Assembly: GCF_001194135.2 (NCBI RefSeq)
Contig: NC_068981.1
Span: forward strand, 125,232,667-125,279,206
DNA from: Octopus bimaculoides
Lineage: Eukaryota
Reading direction: 5' to 3'
Length of the DNA: 46,540 nt
Below the pieces are notes generated by a model. It did not search any database, was not told the DNA's origin, and saw only the letters and a list, made by a program, of their open reading frames with translations. The first letter of the stretch is position 1; every line of letters begins with the position of its first letter. This document shows, one piece after another, positions 23,791 through 37,200 of this stretch. Position numbers and translations under genes: made by a program.

Positions 23791-24853
23791 GTACCTATTT
23801 TACAAGAAAAAAGAAAAAAAAAAAGAAGAAAAAAGCCACTGACTAAATTAAAACAAAGGCAACACATTCTGAAATTAAACTTTCCTTCGAGTTTACTCAC
23901 TACTTATGAATATTTTAAGGCTTACAGAGTCCATTTCAAGGTAGAATCCAACAGCTATTATTTTTTTGTAACAGTAGTATACAACATGTGTGTGTTTGTG
24001 TGCAGAGATAGAGAGAAAGAGAACAATTGGAGATTATATATATATGTATATATATACACACATACATACTTATATATTTATACATATATACGTACGTGTG
24101 TGTGTATGTGTGTGTGTGTGTGTGTGTATTCCAATAGCCAATAATTTTTAGTTTTTCATATTTATGAATGCACAAAATACAGGTTGTGTAAGTTAATCAG
24201 TTCCTTAGCTGTACTGTTGTCAACCAATGTAGACAATATATACATTCTGCCAAGTTCAAGTAGGCCTTTCATCCTTTTGCGATTGATAAGTACTAGTGGA
24301 GCACTGCGGTCGATATAGTGGACTTATCCTTTCCCTAAAATTGGTGGCATTGTGCCAAAATTTGAAACTAATATAATTAGTACTGTAATGATGATGATGA
24401 TGTTGATGATGATAAACTAGTGCAAATACTGTAATCTCCTGATATGGGACAGTTCCTATAAGAGATCAGTAAGTTCAGATAGTGTAAGGAGTGAAAAAAA
24501 AAAAAATTTTTTTTAAATAAATAAATAAAACAATGAAAGTTTTGGGCTCTTCATATAATTTTGAAGAAGGTACAGATAACATTTTTATTGATGAACAATT
24601 CCTCAAATTCATTATTTCTTGATGGGCAAAACTATATCAATTTTCAATCCATAACATGGGCCTATGCCTCCCCACCCATTGTTAAAAATATAAACTTCTG
24701 ATTGATGTGACACCTGTTGTTAAGTACAAGCAATAAGAATAATGTAGTCTGATATATTGGTCTATTTTGGTGGCTGCCACAATAGGAGGTTAACAAGTAG
24801 CAGGGCGGACTAGGTCAAAGCACAACAGTTGTTGTTTTCTGTACTTACTGTTA

Positions 24854-25040
24854 ATGATGACTATGACAGAGAGAGAGAGTGATGATGATGACAATGGTAA
24901 TAATGGTGGTGACAACAACAATAATGATTACAACAGTAATGGAAGTGGTGGTGGTGGTGGTGGTGGTGGCCACAACAATGGTGATGATGATGATGACAAT
25001 AACAACAACAGCAGTGGTGGAAGTCATGATAATAGCAGAA
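24854..25040. repeat. Mosaic trinucleotide low-complexity tract (GAT/AAC/GGT/AAT)
   Basis: Direct reading. The ORFs over it are repeat artefacts. Confidence 0.85.
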
Positions 25041-25414
25041 GAAAATTACACAATAAATCTTGGATTTGTATAATTACAATAATAGTCAGACAGTAAACTG
25101 CAAGGATTCTCCAATGAGATCAATTTTCCCTCTCACAGACATTAAGTTTACTGTAATGCCACCTAAATGACAGACTATCTAATGTGCTAAACCAAAATAA
25201 AAACAAATTTGTACAGTAATTCAACATCTCTCCTCTATCCTATTTGTCACCTAAAGCCAGCAGAGGATAAATCACTGTGAAAATATGAGCTAAATATTGA
25301 TTTCAATGTTCAGTACTAGGTCAAACAATTGTAAAGAAGAGGACACAGTCATCTGAATCAATCTCAATGAATTACTGGTACTGGTACTAGTACTGGTTTT
25401 ATTACACCTTAGGG

Positions 25415-25669
25415 CAGTGGTTCTCAGCCAGAGTCCATATGGCCCTTGGGGTTCACATAAGATTTTGCTGCTAAAATTTATGCAGCAATAAACTGGTTAT
25501 ATTTCTACAATACACAAAATATTCTAACAATTTTTAAATAGAATTCCAAATAATATTTAACTATAAAAATATAATGAGTCTTTTTTAAACATTGAATGCT
25601 TATTAGGGTCCAGAAGAGTAAAATAGGAATCAAAGGAGTTCATAGGCAAAAAAAGGTTGAGAACCACCA
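25415..25669. mobile_element. hAT (Charlie/Buster-type) MITE
   Basis: TIRs CAGTGGTTCTCAGCC and GGTTGAGAACCACCA. Perfect 8-bp TSD CCTTAGGG at 25407-25414 and 25670-25677 with a central TA. Confidence 0.92.
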
Positions 25670-26128
25670 CCTTAGGGGATGAAATTCATAGTTAATTTTG
25701 ATGAGATTTAGACTCAGAACATAACATGGCCTAATTACTGCATACAGCTTCAGGAATACTTCTATCACTCTACCAATGTTACTTAATCTAACTATTCAAT
25801 TGTTATATACCACTAACAGTACTGAATATAATACCTGAGCAGTTTATTTCAGTGTTTGACTTTATTTTCCTGTTTTTCTGGGAAAACGAAAATCAATGTT
25901 GCAAACCAATTGATTTCAAGCCAAATGATCAAAGTAAAAAATAAACATAATGGGAAAATCTCCTTTCATATTTGAATAATGATCAGTTTTGAATTCTGTA
26001 AACAGTCAAAAGAATAACTATAAAGCTACTTTACTAGTGAAAGAAATTTTAGTCATGTAACTTTTTTCCAATATACATACATTTATATATATATATATAT
26101 ATATATATTACACACACACACAGATGCA

Positions 26129-26850
26129 CAGGGTATTCCCAAAAAGATGTATACACACATTGAATGATTATAAAGTCATTAGAGTTTGTTAAAATGTATC
26201 TTTTTTTTTTTTTTAATTTAACAGAATCTATAGACACAGTTTAATTATTATTTTTTTTCTGTGAACACCTGTTTTCAAACTGATGACTACTATGGTCCAG
26301 GTACAGCTAATAACACAAAGCAATGGAATCACAAACATCAAAAAACAATTCATTTAGTATTGATGTGTACTTTCATTCAATGACTGCCCCAAATTCATAG
26401 ACTGGTAATGGTTTTATACAGTAAACTTCTTTTAGGTATCATCATGAAAAAGACAAGGGGTGCAATGTCCAGTGAATATGCAAGGCATTCTACAGAATCT
26501 ATTTGTCCAATCCACCAATTTGACAAAATCCCATCAAGGATTACTATGGTCATGTGAGGGTACCCCATCTTGCTGGAAATAAACTCCACATCTTCAAAGT
26601 CCTCTTGAATGCTTGGCAGGACAGATTGTTGCTGCAAGTTCCAAGTAAATGGGACCAGTCACAGTACCATGAAAAAGAATGGTCCAATTAATCTTTTTGA
26701 TGATAAGCTGTTCCATACTGAAACTCCTGGTACATTATCGAAACTTTCTTCCCTGATATGTGGATTCTCAGGTCCCCACCATGTTCACATGTGACAGTTA
26801 ACTGGGCTCTGCTAACAGTATTCCTGTTAAAAAAATCCCTTATATTTACT
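26129..26850 (-). mobile_element. Tc1/mariner fragment of the DD41D (rosa/Visitor)-like type
   Basis: TIR-like CAGGGTATTCCCAAAAAGATGTATACAC at 26129. Minus frames [43 protein letters not shown] and WIGQIDSVECLAYSLDIAPL fit the WIGR..WPPRSPDLTPLD family. Exact spacing is obscured by a small deletion. Confidence 0.75.
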
Positions 26851-26904
26851 CTTTGATCTATGTCAACATCATGTATACTGACCAGTCTATATATACATAC
26901 ATTT

Positions 26905-26946
<42 letters not shown>

Positions 26947-29699
26947 CACACACACGTACACATGCACAGGGTATTCCCAAAAAGATGTATACACACATTG
27001 AATGATTATAAAGTCATCAGAGTTTGTTAAAATGTATCTTGTTTTTAAAAATTTAACAGAAGCTACAGATTAAACCATAACAAACGAAAAAGTTGCCAAA
27101 AAAAGCACACTTCATATCATTACAGGATGCTCAAAGATCAGCTAAACAACAAAATACTTAATATAATGGATTAACTGGACATGCAAGGAGCATAACCTAA
27201 ACACTGTTGTGATGCACATGATGAAAGATAAGTGCAGAGCAACAGCAACTGACACACTATAAATAAGTTATGTCTCTATTGAGGCTACCATCAGAACATA
27301 GACCATACAAAAAAAAAAAAAAACTTGAAAGTAGAAAGGAAAACAAGCTTGTGCTGCCACACTTCACCATACAATAAACCACTTCACATCTGGGACAATG
27401 GGTCTATGAATTGCACCTGTTCATTCCAATAACTACCAGCAAACCATACATGTTTATCCTTGATCAGGACTGATTTAAAGATAAATAACATCTTAATCAT
27501 TACTATTACTATTTGAGTGACCTAAATAACCAAAAGTTCCAACTATATCTAATGAGATATCAATGCACTTCATAGGTTTCAGTGACATATGTTTTTTTTA
27601 GACTGTTTCCTGTAACAAAGTAATATTCATGGATTCACAAATTATGTTAATGCTTCCAAAGAAAATACATATTTTCATAAATTATTTCCATATGATAAAG
27701 CGAAATATTCATCTGAGAATGGATGTTTGTGAGTAATCCAATGGTCAAATTGATGAATATTGTTGAGAGGTTTAGTGCATGTTTATCAGCTGGAGTGTCT
27801 TGCCATTGAACTTGGTGAGCTCATACAAAGAAACAGTAAATGATATTTATAAGTGGTATTTATTAATAATTAATAAGGGTTGAACCATCTAATACACCAC
27901 TTAATTCTTGATTAAGAATTAAGTTGTGTATCAGCAATACCAGTGATGAGATATGGACCCATAACTTTTCAGCAGCATTTCTTAAATTTTGATAAACACA
28001 CAGGCAAATATTTGATATTTTAGAATTTAATGAAATGAATTAAACAAAACTAGAAATTTTCATAACTATTAGATTTTCAGTGAACATACAGATGATTCCA
28101 TGTGTCATTAAAAAGCAGGACTACCTTCCAGTGATAACGTTTGCTTTTTGACTTACACATAAGAATTACTGTATATTTTCTAATGACTTCTGAAACTGAG
28201 GCCAATGTTACATCTAAAAGAGAAAAATTAAACTTGCAAACATTTCAGTGAAACAAAAATTAAAGGTCAATTATTGAGTTATTTGCCCAAAATGTCAATC
28301 TCTTTGTAAAATGGAGTTTTATTCTTTCATCATCATAACTTATATAAAATCAAAAAATATTTTTCCTGTCTTTCTCTTTCAGTTTACATCAATTTATAAC
28401 TTCCATTTTATTCTCTTACATATGGATGTTTAACAGATCAGTATGGATTCATTTTCATTTCCCCTGTATATTTAACTACCCTTGCTGTGATTTTTTATGC
28501 CTACATGTCTTCCTTTATATATGGGCCAGCCCTGCAAACACTAATAGCAAATATTACACACAAAAAGTTAGATGTTGTGTACATACATCAACTTTCATAG
28601 CTCAGAGTCCTCATCTGCTTACTGATAGTCATACAATTATGCTTAAATAGTTGATTCCCTGCCAGTCTATCCATGAGTCTTATTATATCTGACATGCATC
28701 AACTGACTGCCAACAAACCAATATGTATATGTGTGTATGTAGGAGTGGAGTTCATAGGTGCAAGAATGTGTGTTGTGTGTGTAGCTGTACATATTCCATT
28801 AATAGGCAGATAGTAAGATAACACAGCACTCATATTTACCATAATATAAATTGGTATATACCTGAATTCTGCATTGTTCTTGTTTGTCATATAAAAAGAA
28901 TACTATCAAAGAATTGTTACAAAACTGTGTGTGTTTTTATGTGTATTAAAGCAAAACATATAAACTGTAAGGAATCAATTTAAAATATAAACACTATTAC
29001 TATCAATATATGATCCCACAAAGTTTAGATCAAAAAGATCAATACACATCTGGAGCAGACTCATAACTGGTTCAAATTCAGAAGAAGGAATCCTCAAGTA
29101 TATTACTATTAGACAGAGGTAAAAAAAGCCTTGTATACATAGAGATATAAAAACTCACATAGCGAGCTATTTCATACAATCTTATAATGAAGCCTCTTTG
29201 ACCTATTAGATATAGCAACCAAACCTCCCTCTACTACACCATTCGATCTTAAAAAAAAGAAAAAAGAAATTCTCACTTGATATAGTCTTAGATACATTGT
29301 ATCAGGAACAAAATAACAAAAAAAAAGATGATCGTGGTTGGCATGCTTTGGTCACAAATTTCTTCGATCAATGATAGACTACATCTAAAACAATAACAAC
29401 ATTTGCAAGTCTCACAAATCATATCAGAGTATAGTTTATGTCTTTAACAAAATCCTCTGTGTGTGCGGGCGCACGTGTGTAAAATGGAATTCTACCTCCA
29501 GTTTGAAGAAGTATATGCCCTTTGCCATTAGGGTTTGACAGGTTGTCCATAGGGCTAAGTGCCTTATGGCTGTGAAACCATTGATCACTCTATGACTGGA
29601 CATATACTTAACCGCTTATAAATACATTACTGCTCTATGCTTTAGAGTGTGCTTCTTTCTCAGACCTGTGATATGCTGACAACGATTATATATATATAT

Positions 29700-30275
29700 A
29701 TATAAATATATAATTGGCACTTTGTTGATGACAACGATGAAGGCGCCAGTTGATCCAATCAATAGAATGGCCTGCTGTTGAAATTAATGTGCAAGTGGNN
29801 NNNNNNNNNNNNNNNNNNNNNNNNNNNNNNNNNNNNNNNNNNNNNNNNNNNNNNNNNNNNNNNNNNNNNNNNNNNNNNNGAGTGTGCTTCTTTCTCAGAC
29901 CTGTGATATGCTGACAACGATTATATATATATATATATAAATATATAATTGGCACTTTGTTGATGACAACGATGAAGGCGCCAGTTGATCCAATCAATAG
30001 AATGGCCTGCTGTTGAAATTAATGTGCAAGTGGCTGAACACTCCATAGACATGTGTACCCTTAATGTAATTCTCAGGGAGATTCAGCATGACATAGAATG
30101 TGACAAGGCTGGCCCTGTGAATTACAGGTACTACTCATTTTTATCAGCTGAACGAACAGGAGCAATGTGAAATAAAGCATCTTGCTCAAGGACAGAATGT
30201 GCTACCAGGTATTGAGCTCATGACCTTATGATCAAGAGTCAAATACCCTAACCATTAAGTCATGTACCTTCACAC
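29700..30275 (-). mobile_element. tRNA-derived SINE family B copy spanning a gap
   Basis: Reverse complement of TGAAGGTACATGACTTAATGGTTAGGGTATTTGACTCTTGATCATAAGGTCATGAGCTCAATACC head and ...AATTTCAACAGCAGGCCATTCTATTGATTGGATCAACTGG tail. Confidence 0.85.
29799..29879. other. Assembly gap (81 N) with duplicated flanks
   Basis: N run; 29645-29798 is repeated at 29880-30033. Confidence 1.
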
Positions 30276-30599
30276 ATGTGCACACACACACACACACACA
30301 CACATTGTGCAAGTACAATTGTGTGGTTAAGAGGGTCACTTCAAAGCCACATGACCTGGGTTCAATCTGACTGTCTGACACCATGGTCAAGTGTCTTCTA
30401 CTATAGGCTCAGACTGACCAATGCATTGTGAGAGAATTAGGGAAGCCCACTGTGTGTGTGTATAAACAAAAGAATATATTAACATGTATTCACTTGTTCA
30501 GCAAGACACCTGATTCTGTCCTTCTGTCATACTTTCACATCCTTCAACACTATACCCTACCCATTTGAGGGATCTTGCCTTGCAAATCACCTGGTTATT

Positions 30600-30790
30600 T
30601 CACTAGTACTGTTGCCACGAAAAAGCACCCAGCACACTGTGTAAAGTGATTGGCATTAGGAGGGATATCCAGCAATAAAAGACATGCCAAAGCAGACATT
30701 GAAGGTTGGTGCAGCAATCTAGCTCATCAGTTCCTGTCAAACCACCCAACCCATGCTAATATGGACAAAGTGACAGTAACTGATGATGAA
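30600..30790 (+). mobile_element. RTE-type 3' tail copy
   Basis: AAAAGCACCCAGCACACTGTGTAAAGTGATTGGCATTAGGAGGGATATCCAGC...CCCATGCTAATATGG, homologous to 1520-1699. Confidence 0.7.
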
Positions 30791-31004
30791 TGAATGATGA
30801 ATCTAACCTCCTAACATAAGCTCATTTCATTGATAGATTTCACAGATGGATTCAGGCATGGTGGTGTGGCTATGAAGTTTGCTTTGCATCTCTACATGAT
30901 TTAGAGTTTGTTCCCTCTGCTTAACATCTGGGCAAGTATCTTCTTCAGTTACAGACAAAGGAATTGTAGCTGTTCTTGAGTAATAGACTGAAACCATTCT
31001 TCTT

Positions 31005-31210
31005 TTATTCTTTTACCTGTTTCAGTCATTTGACTGTGGCCATGTTGGAGCACTGCCTTCAGTCGAACAGATCACCCCCAGGACTTATTCTTTGTAAGCC
31101 TAGTACTTATTCTATCAGTCTCTTTCGCTGAACTGCTAAGTTATGGGGACATAAACACACCAACATCGGTTGTCAAGTGAAGGTGGGGGAACAAACACAG
31201 ACACACGAAT

Positions 31211-31294
<84 letters not shown>

Positions 31295-31445
31295 GATGAG
31301 CTTCTTTCTGTTTCTGTCTACCAAATCCACTCACAAGGCTTTGGTGGGCCCGAGGCTATAGTAGAAGACACTTGCCCAAGGTGCCATGCAATGAGACTGA
31401 ACTTGGAACAACGTGGCTGAGAAGCAATCTTCTTACCACACAGTC
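31005..31445 (-). mobile_element. SINE family A, full-length copy with expanded internal (TA)n
   Basis: Head and tail motifs are well conserved on the minus strand. Confidence 0.92.
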
Positions 31446-32116
31446 ATTGGTTTTATATCACCACCCAGCCTTGTTTCACTCTTTTTCCCACTGAGCTCAG
31501 TGGTTTTGGAAAGAATCATGGATGCTGCTCTTCCTCCTCTAACCTTAGACATTAAAAGAAAATTGATTTTCACCCAGTCTTTGGATATTTAAATGATTCA
31601 AGATCTTTTGGCTAAATTTCAACTAATATTACAATTTGTCTAGTTTGTTTACACTGTTGCTTTTATTAATCTTACATCTATGAGTTTACCAAATTTGGTT
31701 GTTGAATTTGTATTGATTTACAGTCGGTATTAATATTAAACTAATCATAGCACAAAGTACGTTTTTTTTATTAGTTGTAATTGTAATTTTCATAAATCAG
31801 TTTGGCATTAGTAAATCAGAAGAGAACTAAAAATGTAGCTGGACATCTGATACCTTTTACAGAGAACAGATGTTGAGCACCAGAGATACAGGAGTGCTAG
31901 TCTGGATATGTGATATCTATGGTCAAGTCCATACACAAAGCTGATAACAGACCCAGGACAGATGTGAAAAGTAGATATAATTTCAAAGTGCTCATTGAAT
32001 ATTTTTAGTTATCAGTGCAAAATACATATGGTTTATGTATGGGCTACAAATGCATACATGTATATGGAGTGAAGATGATGCATTTACAAGTAGAACAGAA
32101 AAGCATAATTACAACA

Positions 32117-32152
<36 letters not shown>

Positions 32153-32164
32153 TTGTATAATGTG

Positions 32165-32410
32165 AAAGTGCATGGCTCAGTGGTTAGAACACTGGGCTCA
32201 TAATCATGAGGTAGTGAGTTCAATTCCCGGACTGGGCTGTGTGTTGTGTTTTTGAGTAAGACACTTTATTTCAAAATGCTCCAGTTTACTTAGATGTAGA
32301 AATGAGTTGTGACGTCACTATATAACATCAGTGGCATGGAGAGGAGTGGCTGGTATGCACTATAGGGATTAGTGATACAATGATATCAAACCAATGTAAA
32401 ACATGCTATC
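32165..32410 (+). mobile_element. tRNA-derived SINE, family B-like head
   Basis: GTGCATGGCTCAGTGGTTAGAACACTGGGCTCATAATCATGAGGTAGTGAGTTCAATTCCCGG contains recognisable A and B boxes. Confidence 0.8.
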
Positions 32411-32469
32411 TTAAAGATGGCATGTTTACACTAGCATATATTTATATTTATAGATATATACTCACACAA

Positions 32470-32594
32470 TGGGCTTGTTTTAGTTTCTGCCCAGCAAATC
32501 CACTCACAAGGCTTTGGCTGGTGTGAGGCTACAGTAGAAAACACTTGCCTAAGGTACCATGCAGTGGGACTGAACTCAGAACCATATATATATA

Positions 32595-32667
<73 letters not shown>

Positions 32668-32815
32668 GGCTGCGTGATGAAGAAGATTGCTTCCCAACCA
32701 GGTGGTTTCAGGTTAAGTATCACTGTGCAGTATCTTGGGCAAGTGTCTCCTACCATAGCCCTGGGCCAATCAATGCCTAGTAGATGCATCAGGTAAATGG
32801 AAACTGTACAAAGTT
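32470..32815. mobile_element. Two SINE family A heads in divergent orientation separated by (GA)n
   Basis: Minus copy at about 32470-32585, (GA)n at about 32598-32664, and plus copy at about 32665-32815. Confidence 0.75.
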
Positions 32816-33399
32816 CATCACACATGTCTGTGTGTGTGTGTGTGTGGAGAAGGAGGGAGTGCACACATGTACCTGGGTGAATATTAGAATTTGCATGAGA
32901 AAACAGTGAGTTACAAATAGTAAAGTTAGTTGTAGATCCCTGTCAACAAATCAGCCACTAGCTCTGCACTTTTAAACGTGTGTAGAATGAAAAGAATCCT
33001 TTGGCTGTAAAACAGGTGAGGGTTAGTAACATGAAAGGCTCAATGATATTTATGTAATTATCTAAGTCATACTAACATGTAAAAACAGGCATAAAACAAA
33101 TAAGTGAATGAGATATATATATATATATATATATACTGTTTATCTGTTACTTGTTTCAGTCATTGGTCTGCAGCCATACTGGGACACAACAAATTAATCC
33201 TCGTACTTATTTTTAAGCTAAGTACTTATTCTCTATTGGTCTCTTTTGGCAAACCACTAAATTACATGGATGTAAACAAATGAACACCAAATATCAGGTA
33301 GTAATGGTGGATATATACACACACACACATACACACCTGCCTGCCTGCCTGCCTGTCTGCCTGCCTGCCAGCCAGCCTACCTACCAACCTATCTACAAC

Positions 33400-34097
33400 T
33401 ATAAACATAATTAAGGGATCAGGAAAAACTGCTTCACCAACATACCGAAAATTTAGAAATAGCAGTTAAAATACTAATTCTACTACCACAATATGTCTCC
33501 ACAGATAGCAAATATTTGTGATTCACGTAGGCTAAAGAAGAAAAGTAATGAAACCAACCCATCGTTAGTTAATCATGGGCTCATTTCGAGATTAGAATTG
33601 TGTAAAAATTCATTTCCTCTCTTCAGTATGATATTCTAGATTATAAATTTGAAAATGCTAATAAACCCATGCACATTCAATCATACGACATTGAGTATCA
33701 CATAAGAGAACCAGAACCAGCATCTCTGAATTCATATCGATGAGTAAAGTTCGTATCCATCTCCAAATTTCCCCACGTGCGTCACGAGTAGTACCACAGA
33801 AAAACTGCCGTAAACTATCCAGGAGTGAATTATCATTGCTTCACCAACATACCGAAAATTTAGAATATCATGCTGAAGAGAGGAAATGAATTTTTACACA
33901 ATTCTAATCCCAAAGTGTCCATGATTAACCAACAACGGGTTGGTTTCGTTATTTTTCTTCTTTTGCCTATGTGAGTCATGAATATTTGCTATCTGTGGAG
34001 ACATATTGTAGTAGTAGAATTAGTATTTTCACTGCTATTTCTAAATTTTCGGTATGTTAGTGAAACAATTTTTGCTGATCCCTTAATTATGTTTATA
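33400..34097. mobile_element. Foldback/MITE with ~237-bp inverted arms
   Basis: 33400-33638 is the reverse complement of 33861-34097 at roughly 85-90% identity by eye (TATAAACATAATTAAGGGATCAG...CAATATGTCTCCACAGATAGCAAATAT...GAATTGTGTAAAAATTCATTTCCTCTCTTCAG). The spacer is 222 bp. Confidence 0.92.
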
Positions 34098-34221
34098 ATT
34101 ATAAAAGTTTTACCGATAATGATTTTTGCATACTGAACTACTTGGTAAAATTGTTAATTATTAATTTATTAATTAATTGACAATTCCCCACCCTATATCT
34201 ATAATGAAATCTACAACTATA

Positions 34222-34260
<39 letters not shown>

Positions 34261-37200
34261 AGCCACAACATACAATTGGAGTCTGGCTAGCTCCTGTCAA
34301 ACTGTTCAACCCATGCCAGCATGGGAAATGGATATTAATCGATGATGATGATGATGATATATGTATACAAACATGATGGGTTTCTTTCAATTTCCATCAA
34401 CCAGATCCACTCATAAAGCTTTGATCAGACCAGAGCTATAGCAGAAGACACTTTCTCAAGGTGCCATGCAATGGGGCTGAACCAAGCCTATGTGGAAGGT
34501 GCACATAAAACAACAATGAGGATGATAATGATATATATTTATCATTATTATATTCATCATTGTTATCATTTTATAATTGATCTATCACGCTGTTTTGCTT
34601 GTCTTTTTGTAAATAAATTATTCAGTCAATTGGGGAAAGATCAGTGTACATGACCTTTGTAAGTCCTTCAGACTTGGAGATTGCTGTTGCAGCTAATCTT
34701 CAGTTTGAACATTTGCAGATGGATGTCAGTTGTCAGGAAAAAAGTAGGAGGAGATTCCAGACAATTACTACGGTTATTACTTAAACATTTGGCTACTTAA
34801 TCAAGTTTACTATTAACGATTCCTGATAATTTCAAAATATAAAAATAAGGGTAGAAAAGTAGTCATTAATGAACCATGCATATGTGCATGTGTGCATGCA
34901 TGCATGCATGTGTATGTGTGTAAATGGATAGCTGGTAGAATGCTTGTTGAACTTTCAGTTTAGAGTCATAGAATTATTCCAACTGGTAATTTAATTTCTT
35001 GCGTAGTGCAGCACATTGCACTTACTCTACAATCAAGCAGGTATTACAGTTATTGTTCTCTTCTAAGTTCATTCTCAAGATGTAGAGGTGAGTTTCATGG
35101 TACCAAAGCAACTCAGAATGCCTGCATTAAGTTACATACTGTTGCTTAATTATATGCAGCATATATTTTAATCAAGAATTCTGATTGATAAGCCAATACT
35201 TCAAAGGTTTGATATCAAACTCTTCTAAATAGCTTACACTGGCAGATCACAAACTAGAACAAAAAACTGTTTTAAGTATTTCTGCCATGCTTATACTGAA
35301 AGTTATGTAAATCTATGTATAACAGAGGTCTTATCTCTCTTAACCTTATTTCAACAATTCCAGAAGGCAGCTACATTTCACCAGATAAACATTATTTCCC
35401 GTCATTTGTTGTAATATCCCTTCATTTGCCACAAGAATTTATTAAGAATAACAGACCTCATGATTCCAATGTCAGTACTTATAGAAACTACTTCTGCTAC
35501 ATTTTGCTCCCACACAAAATATCTGATACCATTAGCAATTACCAGACAAGTGTACTTATATAATCTTAACATTAACCAAACAATTCTGTCCTACAACTGA
35601 AAAAAATATTTCTAATTAAAAAGCATAAGCATTAAAACTTTTTATCAATGTCGAAAATAATAAAGCTAATTAGAAAAATATTTACTTGCTCTCACACACA
35701 CATTTAGGATTTTTAATTAATTTAACCTATCAGCTATTGTTAGGTAATTCCTATTCTTTATTGTTTGATATGTTCTACTGAAAACCAAAATTAATTAGCC
35801 AATAAAATCCAATAAGGTGTACTTAAAACATTTAAAAGATCACATTTAAAATATATTTACAAAAAAGATTACAAATAACTAATTTTCCATGTCATTTTTG
35901 TGGCATGTATGATAATGGATAATTAAAAATTGTTCAATATGATTGCTAATTAGCACAAACATGGAGCTTGTGACTGACAAAAGTATCTTAGTTCCAACAG
36001 CAGCAGTTGTTCGTTTTGGTTTCTTGCTCAGTGCCTCTATTGAATAGATAATTCATTCCAACCCTGCAATTATCTAGCTAGATAGTTCTGAAAACAACCC
36101 CTTCCACCACCAACACACAATTATGAGTGATGTATTTGATATTGATCTCGAATATATGTAGGTCAATGTCTGCAGGAAAAATATGTGAGATGGGGGAAGG
36201 ATTGGGTTAATTGGGAAATAAGAATAAGAGCAATGGGAAGATTAATTATCACAGAATGATTATAAAATAAAATTGATTAAAAAAACCAACACAGTATGAC
36301 TTGTCCATGTGAAAGGGTCCAAATTAACTGTTTCACTATCTATACAATAAATTTCATTTCAAATCAGCTGAACTTGTCACAGTGAAAACCGGAACACAAT
36401 TCATCAGGGAGAGAGATTCTATGATAGCTTAGGTTTTGATAATGCTAACAGCTTCCTGAGGAGTAAAAGTTATCTTCATTTTGAATTTAACTCTGAGCAC
36501 TCTTATAAAAATATAATTTATAATATGAAGAAGATAATAGTGTACAAATATAAGTTTATTTCCAATCATATCTATTATTTACTCAAGATAGCTTTACTAC
36601 TGTCAAGAATGAACACCTTAAATCTTAATTTTCAGTACAGGAAAAACATCCACCAGAACTTCCTGAATAATATTAATAGATATTTCTATTAGATACTTGC
36701 AGTATACATATATAAATGTAACACTCTTCATTGGAGACATGCCAAAATGAGAAGAGGTTCTGAAGAATTAACATTGTTACATAAGAAACGTCAATAGTCT
36801 ATTGTTTTCTGGTAGCAATAAGGTAGCAGTGACATGCAAAACAACATCATAGATAAACCTTATTCAAATACAAAATGGCAGCAAAAGAAAAATTTCTACT
36901 GTTAATAGTAACAATACCAAACATTCTGCAAGCACTTGAAAAATCTATAGGAAGATGAATAATTATTACATTGGCACAACTCCACACATAGTAGAGGATA
37001 TGGTATGCTCAAATAAATCAACACCAATACATAACAGATATTTATTTGGCCCATGAACAAGAAGGAAGGAATTCAAACTTCAAAGCTCAAGTAGACTGCT
37101 GTTTATAAGAGTACTATCCACATCAATGACACAATGCTATGGCTATTGTTACACACGCAATCATACTAGACTGCATCCAAAAGACAAACTAAGTACTAAT

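Noticed and set aside
24854-25096. Gly/Asp/Asn-rich and Met/Val-rich ORFs, plus a minus-strand GTAAGT at about 24843-24848
   Set aside because: This is a trinucleotide mosaic with no non-repetitive coding context or convincing partner splice site.
27700-27830. Higher-complexity segment with short open frames
   Set aside because: Each frame has stops, and I could not recognise a protein family or splice pair.
29645-30033. 154-bp identical direct repeat flanking the 81-N gap
   Set aside because: The copies are identical and sit on either side of a gap, the classic unmerged contig-overlap artefact.
32170-32240. tRNA-like sequence
   Set aside because: It is a SINE head with A/B boxes but no complete cloverleaf, and it continues into SINE body sequence.
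34660-34790. Short plus-strand open frame DLEIAVAANLQFEHLQMDVSCQEK
   Set aside because: No donor site before the stop and no recognisable family.
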